A stretch of 64,000 bases of DNA from Hemiscyllium ocellatum (Eukaryota): positions 93,549,857 through 93,613,856 of the forward strand of contig NC_083407.1 in NCBI RefSeq assembly GCF_020745735.1. Direction: 5' to 3'. The notes below the pieces were generated by a model. That model saw only the letters and a list, made by a program, of their open reading frames with translations. It had not been told where the DNA came from and did no database searches. Shown piece after piece: positions 52,255 through 64,000 of the stretch. Position 1 is the first letter of the stretch. Each line of letters begins with the position of its first letter. A program made the translations under genes and the position numbers.

Positions 52255-53510
52255 TATTATCGGATCATTGTTTCTTAAAATTGTAATCCACTAGCATACT
52301 CAATGGAAAATCTCAATTTGGATAAAATGGCTGAATTTTGGACAGATCCATTTCCTCCGCATTCTGAACGGTGGACAAATTAAGTAACACTCTTCTATTT
52401 GCCCACTAGCCTATAATAATCTTCATTGGCTACATTCAATCATTCATCTTCACTTTGAAAATCAATCACAAGCAATATTCATATTGAGAAGAGGTGGGAT
52501 GTAAATATTGAATGCCAAATGAAACAGATAGCAGGAATGCACTGGCAAAGCAACCTTCACATATGAGATTGATTTAAATATCCTGAAATGGGGAGAGGTT
52601 TGTTCAAGTCTCCTGTCTGGTATAATGTTATCCATTTCAGTGCTTACAGTCTTGTGAGATTCTGTTTTGAATGTTTGAAGTTGTTAATTAAAATCAGTTC
52701 TCACTGAATTTGGCAGCTTTTCAATTTCAGAACTTCCTTCTCCTTTTGAACTACTAAATGCTTGGCTTCTCTCGATTTCTCACTTCCCTCTCAGCCTCCT
52801 TGTTCTCCTCCTACACTGAACTCAAGCCTCCTCGTGGCGTCATGCAGCCGGGAAGGCAGGAACCTCCAACCGTTGACTTTTCCACAAGTGTTAATAAGCC
52901 CCCATCCCAAAATAAATCTCTGGATGTAGCGCCTACACATGTAGAGTTAAATGGCTTCTGTTGTCAGGAGTAAGTTACAGCTACATAGAAGCTCTGGTAT
53001 TTGCTATGATTTCATTCAATGGTTTCTTTTCAAACCTACTCACTGCCAAAAGATGTTGAATTTGAGGGTTGCCGGTGACGTTAAGACTGCACAAATTAAA
53101 CTTACTGTACCCGGAACATTGAAATGTTCAAGGCAGTTGTGACTCATAAATGACTGACTCTGAGATATTACTAATCACGAAAATCACTGTTAATGATTTA
53201 TTGTTAATAGTAAAATGAAGTATTTGCACAGTGACAGATACTAATTCAGCAAGGCCATTCAAGTCAATTTTTTTTTAGAAAAGATAGAGATAAATTATCT
53301 TCATTTGAAGGTAGCAACTAATACAAACTATTTTAGGTTGGTGCTCAGTTTATGTGGAAATGGAGAATGGTGACTTGATTTGTCCACTGGCCAGATCGAA
53401 GGAGATTAGTTATTCATCTCTGTCTGTGAGGCTGCAATGATGCAGCACAAATCCACAGCCATCTGGGCTGCAAGACATGAGAGACACAAGTTGGCACATG
53501 CCATGAGCTC
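52255..53510 (+). promoter_or_regulatory. Paralogous upstream non-coding block of paralog 3 (core about 52840-53000)
   Basis: Homologous to 28190-29460. Confidence 0.5.
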
Positions 53511-54280
53511 TCGGAATCTTAGAGTCATTGAGTCATAGAGATGTACAGCATGGAAACAGACCCTTCGGACCTACCTGTCCATGCCAACCAGATATCCCAA
53601 CCCAATCTAGTCCCACCTGCCAGCACCAGGCCCATATCCCTCCAAACCCTTTCTATTCATATACCCATCCAAATGCCTCTTAAATGTTGCAATTGGATCA
53701 GCCTCCACCACATCCTCTGGCAGCTTATTCCATACACGTACCACACTCTGAGTGAAAAAGTTGCCCCTTAGGTCTCTTTTATATCTTTCCCCTCTTACCC
53801 TAAGCCTATGCCCTCTAGTTCTGGACTCCCCAACCCCAGGGAAAAGACTTTGTCTATTTATCCTATCCATGCCCCTCATAATTTTGTAAACTTCTATAAG
53901 GTCACCCCTCAGCCTCCAACGCTCCAGGGAAAACAGCCACAGGCTGTTCAGCCTCTCCCTGTAGCTCAGGTCCTCCAACCCTGGGAACATCCTTGTAAAT
54001 CTTTTGTGAACCATTTCAAGTTTCTCAACATCTTTCCGATAAGAAGGAGACCAGAATTGCACACAATATTCCAACAGTGGCCTAACCAATGTCCTGTACA
54101 GCTACAACATGACCTCCCAACTCCTGTAGTCAATACTCTGACCAATAAAGGAAAGCATGCCAAATGCCGCCTTCACTATCCTATCTACCTGCGACCCCAC
54201 TTTCAAGGAGCTATGAACCTGCACTCCAAGGTCTCTTTGTTCAGCAACACTCCCTAAGATCTTACCATTAAGTGTATAAG

Positions 54281-54887
54281 GTTTGTGCGAAGATTTGTAG
54301 CTCGGGTGCTCGTTGTTGTGGTTCTGTTCGCCGAGCTGGAAGTTTTTGTTGCAAACGTTTCGTCCCCTGGCTTGGAGACATCATCAGTGCTCTGGAGCCT
54401 CCTGCGAAATGCTTCTTTGATGTTTCTTCCGGTATTTATAGTGGTCTGTCCTTGCCGCTTCCGGGTGTCAGTTTCAGCTGTCCGCTGTAGTGGTATTTTT
54501 ACTGTTGGTATATTGGGTCCAGGTCGAAACGACACGACCAGCTATCCCTAGTAGCCACACACTCAGACAACAAGCAACATGAATTCGACTGGGAAAACAC
54601 TACTATCATAGGTCAAGCCAGACAGAGAACAGCCAGGGAATTCCTAGAGGCATGGCATTCATCCACAAACTCCATCAACAAACACATCGACCTGGACCCA
54701 ATATACCAACCACTACAGCGGACAGCTGAAACTGACACCCGGAAGCGGCAAGGACAGACCACTATAAATACCAGAAGAAACATCAAAGAAGCGCTTCGCA
54801 GGAGGCTCCAGAGCACTGATGATGTCTCCTAGCCAGGGGACGGAACGTTTGCAACAAAAACTTCCAGCTCGGCGAACAGAACCACAA
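54281..54887. mobile_element. Penelope-like element (third family), inverted structure
   Basis: GIY-YIG C-terminus HEFDWENT…REFLEAWH…SINKHIDL on the plus strand; inverted pLTRs; 15-bp TSD cattaagtgtataag at 54266-54280 and 54888-54902. Confidence 0.85.
54351..54390 (-). ncRNA. Minimal hammerhead ribozyme motif (PLE-associated)
   Basis: GCA-CUGAUGA-U-GUCUCC(AAGCCA)GGGGAC-GAA-ACGU-U-UGC; the plus-strand mirror near 54813-54852 has GAAA changed to GGAA. Confidence 0.7.
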
Positions 54888-56039
54888 CATTAAGTGTATA
54901 AGTCCTGCTAAGATTTGCTTTCCCAAAACGTAGCACACGCATTTATCTAAATTAAACTCCATCTGTCACTTCTCAGCCTATTGGCCTATCTGATCAAGAT
55001 CCTGTTGTAATCTGAGGTAACTCTCGTCACTGTCCACTACACCTCCAATTTTGGTGTCATCTGCCAACTTATTAACTGGACCTCTTATCACATCCAAATC
55101 ACTATATAAATGATGAAAAGTAGTGGATGCAGCACTGATCCATGTGGCACCCTACTGGTCACAGACCTCCGGTCTGAAAAACAACCCTCTACCACCACCC
55201 TCTGTCTTCTACCTTTGAGCTAGTTCTGTATCCAAATGGCTAGTTCTCCCTGTATTCCATGAGATCTAAGCTTGCTATTCAGTCTCCCATGGGGAACCTT
55301 GTTGAACGTCTTACTGAAGTCCATGTAGATCACATCTACTGCTCTGCCCTCATCAATCTTCTTTGTTACTTCCTCAAAAAACTCAACCAAGTTTGTGAGA
55401 CATGATTTCCCACACACAAAGCCATGTTCTCTATCCCTAATCAGTCCTTGCCTTTCCAAATACATGTACATCCTGTCCCTCAGGATTCCCTCCAACAACT
55501 TACCCACCACCGACGTCAGGCTCACTGGTCTATAGTTCCCTGGCTTGTCCTTACCGCCCTTCTTAAACAGTGGCACCACGTTTGCCAACCTCCAGTTTTC
55601 CGGCACCTCACCTGTGACTATCGATGATACAAATATCTCAGCAAGAGGCCCAGCAATCACTTCTCTAGCTTCCCACAGAGTTCTCGGGTACACCTGATCA
55701 GGTCCTGGGGATTTATCCACCTTTAACCGTTTCAAGACATCTAGCACTTCATCCTCTGTAATCTGGACATTTTGTAAGATGTCACCATCTATTTCCCTAC
55801 AGTCTATATCTTCCATATCCTTTTCCACAGTAAATACTGATGCAAAATATTCATTTAGTATCTCCCCTATTTTCTGTGGCTCCACACAAAGGCCGCCTTG
55901 CTGATCTTTGAGGGGGCCTATTCTCTCCCTAGTTACCCTTTTCTCCTTAATATATTTGTAAAAACCCTTTGGATTCTCCTTAATTCTATTTGCCAAAGCT
56001 ATCTCATGTCCCCGTTTTGCCCTGTATTAGGTTAAGTCT

Positions 56040-58450
56040 TGCTCAAATGAGACATCCTGTGGTTTGTGCCATTACTTAGAGTTTGTCATTGAATATAATT
56101 TATTGTGTAAAACTATTGAGTATGAGCTAATAATAGCATTGTAAGGGAAATAGACTTTTGTTGAACAGGGCTGATAATGAGATAAACAAGGAAATTTGCT
56201 CGAAAATAAAAAGCTGATAAAATCAAGTGAATTCCAACAAAAGAGAAATAAAAGGATAGATACAAAAATAGATTAGTTGAAGAGCTAAAAAGGGAAATGC
56301 ATTCATGAGTCATTGAACATTCTGATTCACCCTATTAAGAACATAGATTCACATGCTAGCCTTCTTAAGCATTCAACACCCATGTGTTCTTGGTGTAACA
56401 CGGTCACAATATTTTGGCATAGTGTTTTTGATACTGGGACTTGTTTCCCCTTGAAAATAATTTGCCACAGTATACAACATTCATCTCTATCTAACCAAAA
56501 TGAATTAATCTTCTCACATATCTCTTTAATGGGATCCTCATCATCGCATAATGATCTTTTATAGCACTTGCAGTTGCTCACCTTAGACAGTTTTTAATTG
56601 TATTTAATTCTATTCCTTGGATGCTGCCTGACCTGCTGCGCATTAACCAGCAACACATTTTCAACAGTTTTTAATTGTAGCTGTTCATAATACCTCTGAC
56701 CAAAGCATAATAAATCAAGCTCAGCACATGCTCAACTATATCGCCATTAATGTTTTAATCAAGAGGGATATCTTTGCCTAATGTGTAGGTTGGGTCATCC
56801 ATTCCTCAGAAAAGATATAGTCATCCTGATAACTGGTTTATATCTCAATTCAAAATCATTCACTTGGAGATGCTCAACTTATTCAATTGATTCATGTGTG
56901 ATCTGTTCTGTCACTGTGGACATCATTTAAACCTCATGAGTTGTGACTAGACAAATATTTGTGCATTCTGGAGTGCTGCCACAACTGGATCACTGACGTC
57001 TAAGGGGAGAAGATATGAGAGAGCAAAGATAAGCTTGTGTATTTGCACTGGAGTGTGATTCTGCGAATGTACAGAATTTGTGAAACACTCTACATTATGA
57101 GACAGTTTGTTGTAGGCTGTACAATGGAGCACCCAAAGCTAAGGTACATATCTTTCAAGAAGCGTTCTGGCTAAATGTTGACATTTGCTCCTGAATCGAT
57201 CTTCGCTTTATTTGGGTCTTGCCACATTGCCTCATACTGTTGAAATGGTGGATGAAATTAACAAGATGGAAAATTTGATCATCTTCTGAAATTGCCTTTC
57301 ACTTGATTGAATCCGAATCCATTGATGCGTTTGCATTTGTTCATCATCTTACCACTTGCCTTGTCGCCAGTCTTCTGGCGTCAATAGCCTTTTGGGATTG
57401 CTGTCTGCATGTCATGAGTTGGAGTCTGTTAACCCTGGTCAAGAAATTTGCAACTCTTCTGAATCTTTCTGATAGTATAGAGAAAAGACTGGATGTGTTC
57501 ATTCTTTAAAGTTGCTCCTTGGCAACACCGGACAAAACTTGTAGAGTTATTTTCCAGAGATTATGTACCACTTGATGTATAAATAGAAATACATTCATTG
57601 TTCGAACTGTGCAATTCAGTTGGTGGATACCCACTCCATAATGAGATTTCTGTTATCAATGATTCAGATTTTAAAATGTTAAATTGTAACTTTAAGGCCT
57701 GTGTCTCTGGATTTGAGTCAATTAATTGTATTGTATGTTAAAAATTTTCCTTCTTTACTTGTTGTACTGAGACAGCATGCTATTTTTGTATTAACATTCA
57801 TGAACAAAATGCTCTAGGCTCCTGGTCCACTGGGTTCCCGCTTAAAAAAAAGGCCTGCTGCTGATCTTTTACTTTTTATTGAAGCAACCTTAGAAATTAT
57901 TTTGTCTGGAAAGGGCTTACATTTTGATCAAAATAAATTAGCTCTCTCTTGTTCATAGTTAATGCTGTATCCACAAATCAGTGCAGTTGTCTATATTCAC
58001 AAAAACAGATAGTAAAAAATCTTTCCTTTTGACCAAATTCTCCATTGTCTTTCTGGTGTTCAATTAGCTTTTCAAATATCTGCCATCAATATATTGAAGC
58101 CTTTTGTCGACAGACATTGCTGTTACCTTGGTCAGAACTTGTCTCCAACAGGATGGTTTTACCTGATATTCCCCTGCTTGTGGCAACTCCACTTCATAAG
58201 AAACTTGCTGTGGATATCCTGATATTGAAACTTCCAACAGATATTTATTATAGTAGCCCATTATATAGGAATATTATATTTCTTATGCAGTGCATCTGGA
58301 CTAATATTGAACTATTATGTTCCAACAGAGGACCATGCTTCCCACAGAGTCCACGTGATATGACGTAAGATGGAGGATAAGATCTTGATACTTTCAGATC
58401 ACATGCTATGTGCAATGATGATGTCATGAACACGTCTCTTAAGCATACAC
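56040..58450 (-). mobile_element. Gypsy/Ty3 LTR-retrotransposon remnant
   Basis: RDE…IFKGKQV.V…LHQEHMGVE..RRLA.ES integrase zinc-binding remnant (56327-56581); CGKH knuckle-like remnant near 58340; heavily decayed. Confidence 0.6.
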
Positions 58451-58554
58451 TGACATATTGATTGTGAGACAGATTATGTCAGCAGAGAAAGAAAACAGAT
58501 GAATAGGAAGAAAAGGATTAGTTGATGTGGGAAACGAGACATAGGATCAAGAAT

Positions 58555-58900
58555 AGAATCCCTACATTGTAGAAGCAAGCCTTTCAGCCCATCAAGGCTA
58601 CATTAACCCCCCTCAATGAGCATCCCACTCAGACTCACCACATTACCCTATCCCTGTAACCCTGCATTCCCCATGGCTAACCCACCTAGCCTGCACATCC
58701 CTGAACACTATGGGCAATTTAGCATAGCCAATCCACCTAACCTGCACATCTTTAGACTGTAGGAAGAAACCAGAACACCCGAAGGAAACCCATGTAGACA
58801 CGGGAGAATGTGCAAACTCGACACAGTCGCCTGAAGGTGGAGTTGTACTTGGGTCCCTGATGTTGTAAAGCAGTAGTGCTAACCACTGAGCCACCGTGCT
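58555..58900 (-). mobile_element. HE1-type SINE upstream of paralog 3
   Basis: Head and body similarity. Confidence 0.8.
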
Positions 58901-59409
58901 GATTTATGAAGAAAAATTATACTTTAAACTTGACATTTTGAAGATCTCTAAAACCAATTGACAACCTGCAGGAATAATACTCCGCCTTTTAATATGCTTC
59001 ATTTCTGAGAGACAGGAATTGGTATTGCAGTCACAAATCTCACATTATTAAATAAAGTTTGCATTATTAACAATGAGTCTAAAGTCTCCGTGGTGCATTT
59101 AATGGCCAAATGACAATCAATTCCAGAAAATTGTTTTTTACAAAAATCTGAAGATTGAGAGTGGGAAAAAGAATAGATGATAATCAATAAGTTCCAGAGA
59201 TTCACAAAATATGTATCCCCATCACCTGAACTAATGATGTAATTTATTCATCAGTAATGGTGTGCCATTATTTTTCAAATAAAATCTGAGCCAATAAAAT
59301 GTGAGCCAGAGATAGACCATTTTCATGTGTTTACAGCAAGGTTAGCCTTGTAAATATTAGAGAACTAACATAGTTTGTGCAAATTATAGAAGATAATCTC
59401 CTCTCCTCT

Positions 59410-59681
59410 GTCAGTTGATTATTTCACATTCTGAGAAATAATTTCTGATCTCAGCAAATCTAAACATGATTACGATACTGGGAGGAAGCTCTGCCCATTT
59501 TGAGCCACTTGGCAGCAGCTTCCCCTGCCCAGGACCAAACTGAGTAAATATGAGTCAGTGTTTGATTGAGGTGGAGGCGCGAGAATATAAAGACTGAACA
59601 CAGCAAGGAAAGGGCAGAGCAAGAGAGAGAAGCAGCTCCTTTACTCTGAGAAAGCAGCCAGCTGATCACACAAGAGGCAGA
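59410..59681 (+). promoter_or_regulatory. Proximal promoter and 5' UTR of paralog 3
   Basis: TATAAA 59586-59591; GTAAATA 59544-59550; TGAGTCA 59551-59557; TGTTTGAT 59559-59566; TTCTGAGAA (GAS/STAT-like) 59429-59437. Confidence 0.75.
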
Positions 59682-61993
59682 ATGAAAGCCTTCCTCCTCA
59701 CCATTGCTGCAGTGCAGATTCTCCACTGCTCAGGTAGGTCCCAGAGAGAGAGCGGCTCCTCATCAACCAACGAGTTATTGCCAATGAGGTTCACTCCCTC
59801 AGATATCACCGAGGTGGAAAAATAATTCGCTGAAGTGTTCTGGAATGTTTTGTACAACTTTCCTTTTCTCTATCAACAGGAATACCGAGCCCTAAGGATG
59901 CTCTGAGAGCGTCTGTTATAAAACTGAACCAAATCACCGAGACCAGCAATCTGTGTGGGATAACCAGGAGAAGGGTGAAGGATGTAAGTGTGTCCTGGTG
60001 TCAGTCTGTTTCACTGTCTAAAGTCGATGCGAATATTACTAAGTGGAGAGGGACATGGATCATGAAGCAACATGTTATATTACACGTAGTATGATGGGTG
60101 AATTAGCTCAGAGTAAGAATATCATATACAGTCAGACATTAATGAACTATTTTCTTCTCATTAGATTCATCGCACAGGGAAATTGTCTTACAGCATGGAT
60201 ATAGCATTCTCTGTGAAAGAAACCATCTGCTCCAAGAATTCTGGACTGGAATTTGATGATCCCAGCTGTCACTTCTATCCCAAAAAGACTGCAGTAAGTT
60301 CTGAGTTACATTCTCACACTCAAATACTCATGTGTACAGAGTTCTATCATAGAAAAGTACATGTTCCATCAAAATGTAATTTTAATCAATTCTGCTTTGA
60401 CAGGAGAGAGGTTTGTGCAAAAGCCATGTTGAATATTTTGCCGATGAGGTTGTTGACATTGATGTAGAGTGTCGAGGGTTGAAGACAGTGGACAGCAACA
60501 GTGACTCATCAGAATCAAATGAAAACAGTGTTGAGGTAACTTCACAATTATACATGTTAGGATAATGAGAGTTCTATTACTTCAGATAATTTACAACATA
60601 TTTCATTGGTCTACAGTACTCTAAACATGGAAATATTAATATTTAAATACAGGTCGAAACCAAATCAAAAGAGAAATCAATTGAGAAGTCCTCAAAAGTG
60701 AGTATAAACTAAGAATATTATCTTTTTTTTTGCTGTTGATTAGAATTATCAAAAGATTGCGGAAAATATAATATGCAATAGTTGGAATGGAATGTGAGAC
60801 TTAAATTTGTTTTACTCTGAAATCCTTTGGGTTTGGGTTGGGAGTTTGATGTTGTCCCAAATACAGAGAAAGATGTTTTTCTTCCTTAAGGATGGTATCA
60901 GCTGAATATCTACAGGACTGGGCAGACACAAACAATGGCATTGGGAGAACAGTGTCTCACTACAATAGACAATATTTAATGATCTGTTCTGGAAGCAACC
61001 TGTAGATTCATCACAAAAGATCCGATCAGTGGAGATTCTAATGCTTCATTAGCTCATTCACCAATATTGCAGGCACACCGGACTGATCGGTGCTGCACTG
61101 CAGAACAGGAGGTGTATGATACGAGTCTCCCCAATCCATCATTGAACCACTGACTCTCAACTCCAAAAGTTAAAGTTATAATCTAAAAGCTTTTGTTTGA
61201 AGACGATTCGAAAAATTGAGACTGTTTCCACAATCCTACATACATACGATTAAACTTTTCATTCTAGGTGAAAAAGCATTCAACAGAAGCATCACTCGAA
61301 GACTCTCCCGATGTGAGTATATTGTGGCATTTATGAAAGTGACCTGACAAAATTAAACTGTTGAAACCTGCATTCAACTGCACCTCAACAGATTCTGAGG
61401 CAGAAACAAAAACAGACATTGCTATAGAAGCTCAGCAGGTCTGGCAGCATTTGTGGGGAGGAATCAGAGTTAACGTTTCAGGTTGAGTGACCCTTCCTCA
61501 GACCTGAGGCTGAGCTGAGCCTTCCTAGCTATTTCTATTTTGTTCCTGATTTACAGCATCCACAGTTCTTTCAGTTTTTATTCAGATTCTGAGGCAGCTT
61601 AGTTTTATTCAATTAGGCACAGCTAAAGACTAGAAATGTAAAGATTATATTCTCATATTTATTGTTTAATAAATAATAACTCAAGTGATCCAGTGAAATT
61701 CTTGGTTGAAGGTAGTATGTTTAGTATTACTCAACATCATCGATTCCCAGTAGCAAACAGATAAATCTGAATATTTTAAAACTTTTTTTTTACACAGGAG
61801 CATAGCAAGTCAACAGAAACATCATTCGATGTATCTTCAAATGTGAGTATAAACTGGAAAATTGTCTCAGACCATTCGCTCTCGGTCATGATCATCAACA
61901 ACGATGAAACATTGAATTCAGTCCATCTATAAATGACCATTATCTTCATTCTGTTCATTTCAGGAACTCCATGATTCAAGAGCCCGGCACTAA
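59682..61993 (+). CDS. spp2: SPP2-like paralog 3; 8 coding exons, 193 aa
   Basis: Exons: 59682-59733, 59880-59983, 60165-60293 (IHRTGKLSYSMDIAFSVKETICSKNSGLEFDDPSCHFYPKKTA), 60404-60535 (ERGLCKSHVEYFADEVVDIDVECRGLKTVDSNSDSSESNENSVE), 60653-60697 (VETKSKEKSIEKSSK), 61268-61312 (VKKHSTEASLEDSPD), 61798-61842 (EHSKSTETSFDVSSN), 61964-61993 (ELHDSRARH*). Only three 45-nt micro-exons; frame intact. Confidence 0.88.
61404..61582. mobile_element. Short Penelope-pLTR-like insertion in intron 6 of paralog 3
   Basis: 15-bp TSD cagattctgaggcag at 61389-61403 and 61583-61597; minus-strand CUGAGGA…GAAACGUU core at about 61469-61501. Confidence 0.7.
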
Positions 61994-62206
61994 CGAGGAA
62001 TAAAACTTCTGAAAAGCCGCACTTGGTGTCAACGCCACATCACATTCTGATTAACGAAGATGAGCTATTATATTTTACTCGATCATATATTAAACTAAGG
62101 GGACCTGAGGTTCCTGCTTGTACATTTCATTGTGACTGGGATATTTTATAGTTTGTAAATGTTCTGTTTTTCATTGTATATTGTTGTCATGCATTTTGTG
62201 GATTAT

Positions 62207-62212
62207 ATTAAA
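62207..62212 (+). terminator. Probable polyadenylation signal (ATTAAA) of paralog 3
   Basis: Homologous position to 18554; downstream tgttgtttc. Confidence 0.55.
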
Positions 62213-62907
62213 ATTGTAAAGAAAACATTTTCTGACATTGGTCCAAGTGTTGTTTCTCATTTCACTTATTGGATGGCAGTTTAGATGCACACAGCATTTT
62301 GGCCCAGATTTCAAATGGAGATTTTTCTCAATTAATATCTTAACTGAATGGGAAATTACATGCCTCGTACATGGCAAAGAATTCATTAAGCACTTGACAG
62401 GTGGTACATAAACATAAAGAGTGTGAGTGTGTGAGTGTGTATATTTGAAATACTGAGGATGGAATTGCCGATTGACAGGATAGTTAGAAGCAATGATTTC
62501 AGGGGTTGATGGTAATGACATGAATTTTCAAGAGATTGGCATTGGCAACAGAATTCTTTCTAATTTACACAAATAACTTTAAGTAGCTGTCACAACATAA
62601 TTTGACAAATTTTAGTATTGAGAAGATTCAGCAATTGTAGTCAATAGGGGCCAGTGAGAAGCTCTCCATGATTGAAGTCATATCTAGTACAAATCGTTTG
62701 TGGAGATGATCTACAAACTGTAACCTTACGGCCAGAACATCCTCCACTCTACAATTTTCATCTGGCAGATCTGCCTGACTTCAATAAACAATGCAGGAGG
62801 GCATACCAGAAGCAGCACCAGACACAACCAAAAAATGAGGTGTGTTAATTCAGTGAAGCAACGACATGGGAATATGTGCCAATCTGTAGAAGCAGATAGA
62901 AAGAGTT

Positions 62908-63233
62908 AAGATTAGATTACTTACAGATTAGATTACTTACAGTGTGGAAACAGGCCCTTTGGCCCAACAAGTCCACATCGACCCGCCGAAGCGCAACCCA
63001 CCCATACCCCTACATTTACCCCTTACCTAACACTACGGACAATTTAGCATGGCCAATTCACCTGACCCGCACATCTTTGGACTGTGGGAGGAAACCGGAG
63101 CACCCGGAGGAAACCCACGCAGACACGGGGAGAACGTGCAAACTCCACACAGTCTGTCGCCTAAGTCGGGAATTGAACCCGGGTCTCAGGCGCTGTGAGG
63201 CAGCAGTGCTAACCACTGTGCCACCGTGCTGCC
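62908..63233 (-). mobile_element. HE1-type SINE (young), followed by a partial tail copy at about 63236-63275
   Basis: Near-identical to 4879-5190. Confidence 0.88.
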
Positions 63234-63279
63234 CACGACTTACAGTGTGGAAACAGGCCCTCCGGCCCAACAAGTCAAG

Positions 63280-64000
63280 TTAAGGGGCACTGTAACCAAC
63301 AGTTCTGACCTAAGTTCTGCAGTCCCATCACAACCAGTCATAAATGGAGAAACTCAACAACTCATAGGGATAGAAGGCTCTGCAAATATCCCCATCCTCA
63401 ATGATAGGGACCCATCCACATCAGGGCACAAGATAAGGCTGAAGCATTTGAAAGCATCTTCAGCCAGAAATAGGAAGTAGATTATCCATCCCAGCCTACT
63501 CTTAGGGTCTCCAGCACAAAACATACCTACCTCCAGTCAATTTGATTCACTCCACATGATATCAAGAAATGACAGAAGGCTCTGGATCTGACACTACTCC
63601 ACTAATAGTGCTGAAGCCTTGGGCTTCAGACCTAGCTTTTCCAGAATAGCTACAATCCTGCCATATGATTGATAATATCAAAAATTACCCAGATATCCCC
63701 TAGCCACATAGAACATAACAAATCCATCTCAGCTAATTACTGTCCCACCAGTTTACGCTTGATGGTCAGCATGGTGATGTAACTTATTGTCAACGTTGCT
63801 ACCAAGTAACACTTACTTTGCGATAATTTACTCACTGATGTGCAATTTGCAATTTCCTAGGGCCACTAAGCTCCTGACCTCATTAGAGGCTTGATATAAG
63901 ACTCAACCAAAGATCTGAACTCCAGAGAAAAGGTTCGAATGACTGCCCTTGACATTGATGTCACATTTGATCGAGTGTGGTATCAAAATGCTCTAGCAAA
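63280..64000 (+). mobile_element. Decayed LINE RT fragment
   Basis: NY.PTSL, ALDI…FDRVW remnants. Confidence 0.6.

Larger units (their letters stand above)
53520..56022 (-). mobile_element. 5'-truncated HER1/CR1 LINE with nested Penelope element
   Basis: RT ORF pieces at 55220-55996 and 53607-54089; ctatgact-type tail near 53525. Confidence 0.9.

Noticed and set aside
36900-59300. A fourth SPP2-like copy or pseudogene between paralogs 2 and 3
   Set aside because: No exon 1-4 or micro-exon-like sequence was seen on either strand by eye; the interval is TE debris. A tBLASTn search would settle this.

Overview
Vertebrate genomic DNA, almost certainly from a shark or other elasmobranch: it carries HE1/V-SINE-type tRNA SINEs, HER1/CR1-type LINEs and Penelope elements. 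The ORF track misses the real genes because they are spliced. Reading splice sites by hand gives three intact, same-strand tandem paralogs of a secreted phosphoprotein 24 (SPP2/Spp24)-like gene, with ATGs at 14441, 32077 and 59682 and products of 209, 209 and 193 aa. Each has a signal peptide, a cystatin/cathelin-type Spp24 domain and then an array of exactly 45-nt, phase-0 micro-exons (4, 4 and 3 copies). Each micro-exon encodes a 15-aa repeat, usually S-x-E-x-S-x-E/D-x-S. This is the gene design of SCPP/SIBLING/casein phosphoproteins, but built on an SPP2 scaffold. Promoters and exon 1 are almost identical between copies while 3' exons and introns diverge in a mosaic pattern, suggesting gene conversion. 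A non-coding block is conserved upstream of all three copies. The rest is transposon-derived: a Tx1-like LINE, a near full-length CR1-type LINE, many truncated LINEs and SINEs, and hAT, Harbinger-like and Gypsy remnants. Several Penelope-like families carry minimal hammerhead ribozyme motifs, often as inverted, nested insertions with target-site duplications (TSDs). All homology calls come from recognising motifs by eye; no database search was run.
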